Assembly: GCA_025786725.1 (NCBI GenBank) | Contig: JAHLTZ010000023.1 | Location: 1 to 64,000 of the forward strand | Reading direction: 5' to 3' | Origin: Syncephalis fuscata S228 | Taxonomy: Eukaryota > Fungi > Zoopagomycota | DNA length: 64,000 nt | Shown here: positions 41,221 to 53,299 of the stretch, one piece after another | How the letters are laid out: each line of letters begins with the position of its first letter | Numbering within the stretch: the first letter of the stretch is position 1 | The notes under the pieces: generated by a model | The model's database searches: none | Seen by the model: the letters and a program-made list of their open reading frames with translations, nothing else | Told to the model about the DNA's origin: nothing | Translations under genes and position numbers: made by a program

Positions 41221-41725
41221 TATGGTTGTTGCTGGAGATTTGACCGGTGCGAGCTTTGTGCTTAATTACATGTTCTGTTGGTTCTATTTTATTAATACTG
41301 AATATTTAGCTACAAGCTAATAAAATGATAAAAGTTTAAATGAATAGCCAAGAACAGTGCACGGATCTTGGTAAAAGTATAGGATGTGTATGTATGTATG
41401 TTTGAATGAACCAAATTGATATTTGCAAAAATATAGCTAACAGTAGTTGATAGCTTTAATTAATAAAGTACAGCTAGTGAATAAACTCATTGTAATATAT
41501 TAATATTCAAAAAGAAAACGCTACTTTTACTTAATTATGCTAAAGATATGTATAGATATGTATACTAATAGAGTAATATAATTGAAATGACTTGATGACG
41601 AATTATACCAACTTTCTGGGCTTTGTTCGCCATAGAATTCTTTTACAAACGTTAATATCTTCACCTATTAAAGAATTCGCTTCTACTACAACTTTGTCTG
41701 CGTGTGCGTGTGTTTCTATGTACCA

Positions 41726-43294
41726 ATGACTGTTCAGGGACGGTGGGCACTACTGCCTAACGAGCTATTCCGCCGTGTACTGTTTTGCGTCGATATATTT
41801 ACGGCATTGCGTTGCTTTGCTACTTGTCGTCGACTATATACATTCCTTATTGCCGACAACCAACTATGGCGCCAGTTATACATGCGAACGTTCTCTCGTC
41901 ACCTTGCCACCGAGGCTGAGTGGCTCACTATCTATCGCCAGTATTGGCAGCAGGAAAAAGATGTACTATCGGCAAATCATAAACTTATCACAGCGTCTAG
42001 TGCCATTCAATGGCGTATCGCAACTGAACATCGCAAACAAACCGAGCTGAATTGGCATCATAAGCGCTACGTTGAATATCAACATAAAATAGAACTTGTA
42101 GACTCGGCGTATCCTTCAAACATCTATGTGATTACAGGACCGGCTGGAGCTCTTTTATTTCACTTCACCAGTAGACGAATTCTATTTCTAGATACAACCA
42201 AGTGCGATCAACTAGTGCCGCTATTTACAAGTGCGGAAAAAGACGAGACAATTCCTTTTGCCACTATAAGCAATCTTCGGGTGATTATAGGTGTAGAATA
42301 CATCACGGTCGTTTGTGGTGATCCAAACACTTTGGCTACGCAACTCTTTGTATGGCGGGTTGGCAGCCAAACACCGCACATTGTCGAGTATGTATCGCCT
42401 CAGCTACAGATTAAGCAAATATGCAATCATTGGCTGCTTACTTGGAAGAAGACTCAGCCAGTTGTCGGAGGACCTGACCACGAGATTGACTATTATCAGC
42501 ACTGTACTCCTGATATGCCAATGAACGATATGGATACAGCATCAGATTTTAAGCAATTTGAAATTGTGGTTATTAACTTGGAAACAAATCATGTAACTTA
42601 TCGATTTTGCCACATGGCTTCCATCTGTGTCAATATTCAAGATATGAATGATGGTTATCTCCGGCTGTTACGAGGCAGGAAACTGCCGCCAACGGAACCG
42701 CCTACAGAGCAAATTTATTGGCAGTGGGAACTTTGGCAGTATAACGGCAAATCAACACAGAGTTGTTGTGCACAGGGCACTGTCGAGTTACCAAAGGAGT
42801 TTGATAAATTTGTTTGCTCGCGACAATTGACCGCTACTCGTGTACTGCTCAGTCGCTATCCTTACCCGGTGGGAGATGATGATACTTATGCAGTACTGCA
42901 AATAGACCTTGACAAAAAAGGCATGGGTACGGGCAGTTTACTGTGGACAGTATCGGCCAGAAACTATGATTTGCCTTTACTGCCACTAAATCGCTTGCTA
43001 ACCTACGCACGCTATGAAGAATGCTGCTTACTTGATATAGACACGGGAGAAGTAAAGGAAACGTATTTCATTGGTTTAATTGAGTGTGTCGACCACGCAA
43101 TTGGCTCATGGTGTGTAGCGCATATCGACGATACACTCTGTCTGGTTGATGCAAGTACGGGTGAGAAAAGCGTACTAGTAGAGGGAATGTACGATCAGCG
43201 CGGTTATTGGGGTGCTAGTAAAGGCTGTGTTTATTACTGGCATCGAGAGACGTATGAATTGCGTGTTTTAGATTTTACTAGTTTTTCTAAATAA
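41726..43294 (+). CDS. Intronless F-box protein with a divergent beta-rich (propeller-like) C-terminus
   Basis: LLPNELFRRVLFCVD...FATCRRLY...DNQLWRQLY F-box signature in a long ORF. Confidence 0.85.
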   Translation: MTVQGRWALLPNELFRRVLFCVDIFTALRCFATCRRLYTFLIADNQLWRQLYMRTFSRHLATEAEWLTIYRQYWQQEKDVLSANHKLITASSAIQWRIATEHRKQTELNWHHKRYVEYQHKIELVDSAYPSNIYVITGPAGALLFHFTSRRILFLDTTKCDQLVPLFTSAEKDETIPFATISNLRVIIGVEYITVVCGDPNTLATQLFVWRVGSQTPHIVEYVSPQLQIKQICNHWLLTWKKTQPVVGGPDHEIDYYQHCTPDMPMNDMDTASDFKQFEIVVINLETNHVTYRFCHMASICVNIQDMNDGYLRLLRGRKLPPTEPPTEQIYWQWELWQYNGKSTQSCCAQGTVELPKEFDKFVCSRQLTATRVLLSRYPYPVGDDDTYAVLQIDLDKKGMGTGSLLWTVSARNYDLPLLPLNRLLTYARYEECCLLDIDTGEVKETYFIGLIECVDHAIGSWCVAHIDDTLCLVDASTGEKSVLVEGMYDQRGYWGASKGCVYYWHRETYELRVLDFTSFSK

Positions 43295-43378
43295 ATTAAA
43301 TATTTCAACACAACTTTAGTGTATATAAATTGATTAGGCACTATTTATTGTGTAATAATAACAATGTGACTCTATTCA

Positions 43379-45273
43379 TTATACAACACGACAGGCTTCG
43401 TCGAAATCGCATTTAGATAGTTTCGGTTGTATTAGCGCCTTAAACTGCTCCCAAGGACAAAGTGGCCCATCTCCTACACATTCAGGTAACTCAATGGGCT
43501 GCTCATTAAGTAAAATACGTACAAAGTGATCTTTACGCTTTATATCATCCTCTTTTTTGTCACATTCAAAAACTTCAAACTGAAGATTAGATCCAAATGG
43601 TAACAGCTTTGACATTCTGAATATACGGTTTCGATTAAACGTTGGCGCTTCTTTATAAAATCCCTAAAATAATTACGTTATATTATAAATACCAATGCTG
43701 ACTTTATATATTACATACCATAAATGTTAGCATCAATAGCAATGTGTTATCAAAAGTAAATCCAAATTCCATCATTTTTCTTGAATATCCCTTAATGGCT
43801 GACTGCATATTATGAAATACACGAGATATGGTTCGGACAGCATAGCAGGCATTATCTGGCCTGCCCCAGCCGGATTTTGTATAAAACGACGTATCAGTAA
43901 CAAAATCGTACAATTCAAGTATGCTAGGATGTTCGCCGTAGGAACCAGGCGTGTCAACAGTTGGAATGTCCGCTGGCAGTTGTTCGGTAAAGTTAGCCCG
44001 ATAAGATTGTAGCAAACTGCACCAATGATTCTCCTGATTAAAGACGGAATATTCAAATAAACATGTCATGACTATTACTTCGTAATTATCATAGGAAATT
44101 GGATAGCCAAATACGCGCTCATTTGCTGGAAGATACTCGGGAAATAGTATTTGACAGAAAGCTGAGGTAGCATGTTTTTTGCTAAAGTACTTTCCCACAA
44201 GCTCGACCATTTTTTACATGTGCCTAAAATGTCCAGTTCTGAATCTCGATCCTATTGAATTTAAAGGAACAATCAGCACTATACAGCATGTATTACACTT
44301 GGTATTAAATACATACTTCATATACAATAAAAAGATCTTCTTGTGACAGCTTTCTTCCTGAGAATAAATCAGCATAAGCTAATGCGGAGTCGATACAGCT
44401 GCGTATACATCGTTTTAATCGATAAAGCAATTATTGTCTTTAGCTGTGTATTATTGTTAGACAAGCAGCTTACCGTATCATTTCAGAACTAGCGTAATTG
44501 GATAGTTTATGTCGTGCATTTGCTTGTTTTTTATCAAAAATGCTGCTAGTTAAACTGTCGTTTTTGTGATTGGTAAACAAGTTCTTGTAACGACAAGCGT
44601 TTCGATAAGCCATCCCTTCCAGTTCCAGCTTGCCGGCCTCTGTCAGATGATCGCCTTCACCCACACGGAATGGATTTTTCCAATTCTTAAGCCATTCAGG
44701 CCATTTAGACTTTTTAGTAGTATGGAGATGTTTTTCCAACGTGTCCCACGCTGCAATAGTCGTATCTGCTGGCGTTCGAGTGCCATGGCGGCCAAAGAAA
44801 CTCAAATGTACTAGTTGGCACGTATCAGGAACACGAGCTGGATCCAACTTGGCCGACGGACATGTGCCATTAAGCGTTTTAATATTGAAATCAGATATAG
44901 GCTGTTTGTAGGGTGCTCGATTGCTAAGTATATCACGTAGCTCTTCTTTTTCGTGCGACTTTCTTGGTAGATGTGATACGGGAGGTGAGTGCTTGTCTCC
45001 ATGATTAATAAATATTTCAGCAATGATGGTTATTATAAACAATGCAATCACTAATATAATATGGCAGCCACGGCGACGAAATATGGGCACCTTTTGATTT
45101 TCTTTCTCTGACATCATTCGATATGATAAAAAAGGCTGACGTTCATCATCGTTTAAGCCCAGCTCCGCTTCGCTATCACTATATGGATTTTCAATCGGCG
45201 TTCGTCTTCTTGCCTGGACATCTGCATGTGCTGTGGAAGACGAAGCCTGAACCGGAGTATTAGTGTCTGACAT
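43379..45273 (-). CDS. Histidine acid phosphatase, MINPP1/phytase-like, type II membrane protein, 4 exons; apparent 1-nt deletion near 44110
   Basis: RHGTRTP motif, LTEAG..E, RCIDSA, FRMSKLLPFGSNL, VRILLNE and CPWEQF; one N-terminal TM helix. Confidence 0.88.
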
Positions 45274-46629
45274 GTTTGGATACAAGAATAAGAGATAGAT
45301 GCGGCGGAAAATTACCAAAAAATACCAAGCTTTAAAGGGCAACGTCAGCTCTGTTACACCAACTGCGCAATCAAAATGACGTTTTTTCATAAATAACTAC
45401 CCACAAATTTGAGCAATTAGAGAAAATTGTTGTGGATGTAAAACGAAGCGCCATGGTGGTACATTTACCTACAATGTTTTTTGCTAACTCAAGTATAAAT
45501 AGAAATGTAGATTAATGTAAAGTAATATAGGATTTGATTGCTAAAGGTAATTGTAATGTTTAACATTTAATAGATATAAACGTGATAGTGATCAAAAAAC
45601 GTAAAAATGTGCTAAAATAAATATGTTTTATTTGTCGATACAAGCTATTCGACTATCTAGCTATTTTGCTCGTGTATAAAAAATGTTCTAATAATTTAAG
45701 CAATTTAAATTATTATAAAAATGTGTAAATGGCGAGAAAACCGGATATGTACAATTACTAAATATAGGTATCCTAATATTGAATTTCTATCAAGATGCTT
45801 GTAATTCTTTGGCATACACATGTAATTTCCAAAACCATTAAAAATACTGGGCATAACAAGGTTTAGAAAGCCAAGAAAAGCTGCATTGTAACATTAGTAC
45901 AACATTTGAACAGGATATCAATGATGGTTTCCCATAATTAGTGGAATAAAGACGGGATTTGACTTGTACGATGCACAAGCCCAAAATTCTTGACTCACTG
46001 TTATCAAACACGCATTTGCCGGCTCTTATTTAGACCAACTTTACTGTAAATGGTCTGAGCTTGCCAGTGTTGCGAAGAGCAATTTGATCTCTACAGAGCA
46101 GTGGCCTCCTGTTTCCTTGTGGTTATCTGTTTTGAAGGGGAGCAACACTTTGTTCAAGTTTAATGCTTTAATTCACAACTAAATTTGGTTGTTTTATAAT
46201 CTAAAAACAGGCAACTGCCAAATAAGCACGAATTATAAATCTGCGGGGATGCTTCAGCACTACTTTTCAAGTCATTAAAACATTGGGTGCCTTATCAACC
46301 GGATAAGTCTGCAGCTACCTGCTTGAAAACTTGGCTGTTCAAACGTGTACGACCATGTGTTTGCGAACAGACATGAGCGCCACCCTTTCCTTGGTTTATA
46401 TTTGACATTGGTGTTTTTCTTTTACCTAATATTATTTCGACTTTTTTCCTAACAGCATTTTTTTGCTTCACCTACTTACACTTGACTAGTCACCATTTAT
46501 TAGCATTTTGAACGGTGATACCTTGGTTGATCCAAAAAAATTAATTTCAAAAGCACAGAAACAATATTGATTATTGGCATGTTTTATTATACTTACTTGT
46601 GCTAATCAACTTATCTACCACAACCAACC

Positions 46630-48074
46630 ATGTCACAAGATAATCATTTACAGTGGTCTAAATATGCACCATTCTGTCTATCATTTACCGGCGTCTGGCT
46701 ACTAATACTTCTGGTGACCTCGATAGCTATTGTATGGTTTCGACATGTCCCAGAAGTACAGCACCGCTCGGTATGGATGTCTCTTTTAAGTAATGTAGTT
46801 TGCGCCACCATAATATTGCATTTTACTTTTGATATATCGACCCGTTCGGGCTACCCATGCGCACTTGTGCTCTGGGTCCCGTCGATTATTTATCCACTGT
46901 GGATTAACATTTATGGGGCCGTGGCATGAAGCTAGTGGAGCTTTACCACACCAACAAAGCGGCTCTAGACACCGTGGCTTATGACAAAATGGGCAATCGC
47001 GCCTCAGTTAGCGAACGCAGCTTTTCTTCGGCACAGCCTTTGAAACTGCCAGCTGTACGTGAGAAGGCGGTTGATTGGCGAACAAAAATAGTTATGAAGT
47101 ACCATCATTTATTCACCGATTACGCGTTACTTACTACCATGTGCATCACATTGACGATTTGCGTAATTTCAACATTCATTGTTTACTTGCACACAAACAA
47201 CTACACCACAACTAACACCAAGCAATGCGATGGGCGATGGGAGCCTGTGCCTATGTACATTTTTATGGGCATTGGTATTATTTTGATTTTAACGACTTTA
47301 TTGCCATTTCTACGTAGTGTGCAGGATGCCTATGGTCTACGCACAGAAATAATAATACTATTGACTATTGGCTTAGCTTCCTTTTTCATCACCGCTCTCC
47401 TCGACACAATATCATTTGATGTACTGCCTCAATGGTGCAAATCTGTGCCAACTAACCTAATCGGCATGATATCTATGTGTGGCATGCAAATATGCACCGT
47501 AGTATTGCCAATGGCCCGAATCTGGTGGTGGAATAAAGACATCAGCAATGAACGCACGACCTCTGTGTCGACCGTCCATCTAGACGCACTATGCAGCAAT
47601 CCTGTATGGATGGCAGACTTACGGCAATTTTCGGTAAAAGACTTTTCAGCAGGCAACGTTTTATTTCTTGAACGATATGCGCGATTTCATAATCGGTTTT
47701 TCTGTAATCGAAATGCAGCTGTTTGTGACTTTGCCGCCATGCTTTCGGAACTTGAGATTATATACGCAAACTTTTTTTCGCCAAAGGCAAACATCCGTAT
47801 TGACATCTCTGAAGAAACGCGTCAAGAGCTGGACCGGCAATTTACCACTCGTCAGCTCAATACCGGCGTTTTTGAACGTGCATATCAAGAAGTGTGGCGA
47901 GCATTGACCGTTCGTACATTGCCCCTCTACCAGCAGCACATTTCGAGCACAAGTAAAACAGCACATCCAACCGTGCAAGGACGATATGATGTGCCTAACT
48001 GTAATTGCAAAGGCAACATTTGTGCTAAAGAAGATAATAATAATTGTGAGTTAGATTCTCAGTCGCCCGTGTAG
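46630..48074 (+). CDS. 7TM-RGS protein (GprK/AtRGS1-like), split by an apparent 1-nt deletion near 46920
   Basis: About seven hydrophobic helices across two abutting ORFs, DAYGLRTEI, and a C-terminal RGS-like region (KDFSAGNVLFL, IYANFF, FERAYQEV). Confidence 0.85.
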
Positions 48075-48192
48075 CAAGCAACGACTATTTCCTAATGATT
48101 TAATGTACTACAACCGATTGCTGTCAAGTAATTTATAGAAATTACCAGATTAATATTTAAATAAATAATATATTATTCATTAAGCAAAAATT

Positions 48193-49123
48193 TACATTAT
48201 TGTAAACATTTAACATTATGGCTACAACATTGAGCAGTCAGAAATCAATTAACCTGTTTTTGACGGTAAGATGACATTTATTATAGCTTGCTATTTATTT
48301 TAATAAATTATACAATATACAATTTGCTGCTTGGATAGGCTTTAATATTCACGCTTTGTTTTTTTAATAAATCTCGTGTCTGTAAATATTGACTGGCAAC
48401 TCTACAGATCACAATCTACGTCGTCACACTTTCCTTTCTCTTTTTTATACTTGACAGTATACATGTATTGCATATACTTGTACACTTCATATATGCTATA
48501 TGGATAGTATTAGTAGTTGACCGGCTACTAGTTAGATACAAACACTCGTTACATTACTCTTTTGCATTGTTCTTTAATCTACTTTTCTTGCCAAGAATCT
48601 TTTTTATTTCGATCATCGACGTTGGCATCTTTATTGGCATAGCAAGTGTAGGTTTGGCTTGTCTCTAATGTATATTCTAAAAGCCTTTTTACATTTACTG
48701 TTGGATTGATCACCGTTCTTTACTTAGTCAATTGCTCGGCAACAATCCTGACAACTGACACCAATTTGTTATTTTGAGTTACTAAACTAGCAGATAATAA
48801 AATTCTATTTTTTTTGTATCAAGCTATCTGTTTCTTGTTCAGCTACTACTCTTGTGGCTATTATGTCGTATAGATTTAAAGTTAAGCTATCAGTATTACT
48901 GCTCGTATCCATACTACTATATTCTGATTCAAATAATAAAGCGTTTTTGAAAAAAAATAAGTTTATTACATACTAACAAGATAAATAATAAACGATATCA
49001 TAAATCACCATACTCATACCATGCATTACTATTTCTTCAGTTGGTCTTTATTGATTTGTAATACTACTTATCAATATATCATCTACTGATTATGTACTAC
49101 TGATAAAAGATGCTTGTTTATTA
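48193..49123. repeat. Dispersed ~930-bp AT-rich repeat, copy 2
   Basis: Direct-orientation, near-identical copy of 31331-32260. Confidence 0.95.
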
Positions 49124-50132
49124 CTAGCTGGATTTATTGCAATCATTAATTTATTTTACTGCCATGTAAATTGCAGTTATATCACCAATATCCATGCACT
49201 TCTATTTGCTCATTTATAATGCTTTGTGTTATTTTATTTTTTAATGACTAGATACTATTACTAAAAATAAAAAGCCTTTGTTACCATATTTTACAACTAA
49301 AAAGTAATGTTTATTTGTTAGTTATCATACACCACAATATTATCACATTGATCTTTTGGCAATATATAGAATAATGTTTTTGGCATTCATCACATTGTAA
49401 TTTCATACCACGTTACAAGTTTAGCAATTTAATACATCATGTAATTTACGTTTTACTTTGGTAGTTGTCGCGCCATCTAATTTCTAATTCTACATTTATT
49501 ACAAATCTGAACTGGCAAATTTATCAATGTAAATAAATTAGCATAATCACTGCAATTACTACTATTATACTAAGTGAATATATAAATATATTTCTTTATT
49601 TGAATGTTAAGAAACAAGAAAATAAGACAGTTTTATATTATTCCACATTCGGGATTCTGTGTTGTTGAGATTCACAGCTCCACCACAAATAACTAATGTA
49701 TAAATTAGCGCATTTTATTAAGCTAGCATTCTTATACATTCCGTTGTTACTTGTTTTGTCTAATTTAAAAATAAACAAGTTTACTGTCATACCCAAACAC
49801 AGTGACCTTGACAACATGTATAGCTATTATTAACACTTTATTAGATGCTTTGGCGCTGCTTATTGCTCATATCCAATCTATTGGGTCTCCTGCATATTTA
49901 ACACACCGAAATAACACAATTAGTCAAGAGCATTGCGTGATCACGTCACGTGACATGTTGACTAATCCATATTACTTTCTATTCCAATATTTATTTGCAG
50001 CTTCACTCCCACGCATTGTCACGAATCACTTCGCTTTGTAATTTGCTATTCTTTTTTCACGCGATTACATATTCACACCACTTTACGGCGTTTATTTAAA
50101 ATAGTGCTATATCCACAACTATAGCTTCTGAT

Positions 50133-52428
50133 ATGGCTAGTTTAGAAGATAGTCGTCCTAGCAAACGACAATGTGCTGCTTCTATTTGCCCTATTGCAAT
50201 GGATCAGCGACTTCCAGTAGAACTATTGACACGACTACTTTACGCGCTACCACCACATTCAGCGGTTGCTCTGGGCCGAGCAAACAAACTATTACACCGC
50301 ATTGTAAGCCAAGAAGCGCTTTACTGGCGCGAATGCTATCGACAACGGTATGGTGGTGAAGTATGCCGTCAAGGATTCACTGGTGCGATAATGAGGAGAT
50401 CGCGGAGAGTATGGACTCCGAGGCCACGTTGCGCGCTTTTCTGCTCAATCGTGATAGCAATAGCAAACAAGGGGAATGTAATTTACAGACGGACTGGCAT
50501 GCCGCATATCGGGCCCGCGCCAACTTGGAGCTACGATGGCAGCGAAGTTTATCGTCAGCAAATGCTGGCGCCACAGTTATTCCTTGTGTTCGTTTGTTAG
50601 ATACGCTAACGCCGACTGATACCAGCAACAATAGCATTAACGAATCGACTATGGTATAGATAATCCATGGCGACGTTCTATTATTAATGTTCATGCTGCA
50701 TACACCGTTGTTGCCAACGAGAATGGCGTATGGATTACACCCCATCCACGACAAGAAGGCTATGCACCCAAGGCAAAAATGCTATGTTATCCAAAGTCTG
50801 CCACAGCCAGTACCAATTTATCTGCTATAGTATCGCCACCAGTCACACCAACTACTTCCCAACATATGCAGCTTTTCGATAACCAGCAGCCAAACACTGC
50901 GCCAATCCCAATTTGCGGATATGACCCGAGGCAGTGTTGGAGTAACGGCCGTTGGGTAGTGGTTGCTGAACAGCATATTACTATGGATGCTATTATATAT
51001 CATGTCTGGGAAGGCATGACTGGTCAGCTTATTTCGTGTGGCAGTTCAAATGGATTAAATAATGGCCACTCAAATTCGTTAAATTTTAATGGGCCATTTG
51101 ACTTAGTAGCATCCAGTGCAAACACAGTAGCATCAACTTTGCCAGCATCTTCTGTACCATCTTCAACTAGCAATAGAACAACACATCAACATGCATGTCA
51201 TTTACTAGCTGGATCACAATTACTTACATGTACTACAACAAAAAACAAGTCACAACTTGAAACTGCATTAGCCACGCAACGTTGGCGACTAACACGATCT
51301 ACACAAGCAAACAATACAGCTAGTAGTGAATCATACGGATTTTCAATCAAGCATGATTTCTGGTCATCTAAATCGGCAAATGAACCTTCCCCCATAGTTA
51401 AATTATTAGTCAGTAAACTTCGGCCCAATCTATTGGCTGGTCTACAAATAATTAAGCCTGCAGATAGGCCAGGTAATAATGACGAAGGAAATGCATCAGT
51501 AAAACAACTACGTCTTCTTCTTTGGGATATGCGTGGCACATCACGTACAGATCAACTGCCAAATGGGCGACAATTGAACGATGATTTGGATACAAGTCCT
51601 ACGTGTGCCTACATTCAACTGGAAAATATACAGCCACATGATACGCCAACAATCTGCCAAGACTTTACCAATGACTCTGTTATTCTTCATGGTAATGCCA
51701 CGACGCAGGGACAGCCAACAGGCATATATCATTGGATTGCCTGCTGTACATTTAATGGCCGCCAGCATGGCAGCTCGTCTATTTCCGGTGTAACAAATGG
51801 CGCTTTTGCCGCTTCACACTCGTCGATTGGCAGCTATGGCCAGGAACGATGGCGACGTACATTCCCTGCATGGCAGGTGATCTGGTCAGCACAACCATTG
51901 CACGCAGTTGGCCACTTGGCTATTACCTTTGGCGAAGGCGATGGTAGCTGGCAAGATACCTGGCTGGCTACAGCCGATTCTGAAGCTGCAAATCATGATT
52001 ATAAAACACGTGTACAGCCAACTACAGACGGCTTTTACATCTTGTCACTAGCGGATGGTTCCCTACTGCGTACTTTCCCTATGCTGCCTACACGCTTGAT
52101 CGATGCCGTTGGTCCAATGCTAATTATAGCATGGGATAATGTGCGTCACGGCGTAGCAGCAATTGATACGGTAGCGGGCAAGCTTCGCTGGCGCCAGCGA
52201 TTTCCGGAAGATGAGCCCAATCTATCTGATACCGATCAAATTGCCGAAATAGTAAACAAGGAGAATGAAAACTCAACTGCTGTTCGTGGCTGGCTCGATG
52301 TACGTGTAAGCTCTACACGTTTATTGATGATGGAGCGCTGTCGTCAGCGACGTACATTGCTCAATGGCCGTAGTAATTCTATTGAATTGAACCGACGTGA
52401 GCGCTTATTAATTGTTGATTTTGCTTAA
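50133..52428 (+). CDS. Intronless F-box protein (~765 aa) with two apparent 1-nt deletions (near 50360 and 50640)
   Basis: RLPVELLTRLL...ALYWRECYRQRY F-box, then DWHAAYRARANLELRW; three ORFs are each offset by -1; C-terminal LLIVDFA*. Confidence 0.8.
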
Positions 52429-53299
52429 ATATTTGAACTGTACTTGATCATATAATAATATTTATAATTAATTTTTTTGTTAATTTTGATATTTTAATTA
52501 TTTCTAACAAACGTGAAATTAAGTGTATAATAACCTGCATGTTATAGCTAAAGGACAACAAGTTATTGTATTTTATATTGAACAATATTAAAATGTAGAA
52601 TAATACATAAACACCTTATGCCTAAGCAAATGAAAATGCATGAATATTGGTGGTAAGATTATAGTGTACACAAAAAAGCGATAAGCAAAATGATACAAAA
52701 ATGGTGTAACATCGGTAGTGGCACCAAAAAGCATTGATTTGAACGTGCAGTCTATGATTGGTCAAATCTTCAATGATGCTCGTGTCACAGCATAAAAGCT
52801 TGTAGTTTCATCAAAGTGCTTTTCAAAAATATTAAAATATGCAGTATCAACGGTTCAACACACTTTAAAGTATCAAGCAAACACTTAATACTTTAATAAA
52901 TATTAATTGTTACTTCTAACCGGCCTTAGAGATGGCCAAGTAACTGTGTATTAGTGTTGCTACTTAGGCCTACTCGCCTTGTCCTTAATTGATTGTTTCT
53001 TTTGATCCTCAAGACTTGTATTTTCAATCCGGTTATTCATTTGCCTTGTCTTGGTCGCAATGTTCCACAAATACGGCAGACATAGGACTGAGGCATTTCA
53101 TTACATTTATAACTCGCATAATTGTCCTCGTTCACATATATCGGTATATTCTTCGTATTAATATTGTAACGTCAATCATCTTTAGCGGCTAAAAACCGGC
53201 ATTTGGTGTGTTTTTGCAGCGCAGCTGTTATCACTAACGCTCCGCATACTATACGCGCATATTGATATTAACAAATAGTAAGGTGCTGTGTAATTCAGT

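Noticed and set aside
48468-48668. Hydrophobic 66-aa ORF within repeat copy 2
   Set aside because: TTG start, product of T-rich sequence, and not preserved in frame in copy 1.
31331-49123. The repeats as LTRs of one retrotransposon
   Set aside because: No TG..CA ends, PBS/PPT or gag-pol; the interior holds intron-rich housekeeping genes.
31329-49127. Helitron interpretation of the 930-bp repeat (TC before copy 1, CTAG after copy 2)
   Set aside because: Each terminus occurs in only one copy, there is no A|T insertion context, and no subterminal GC hairpin.
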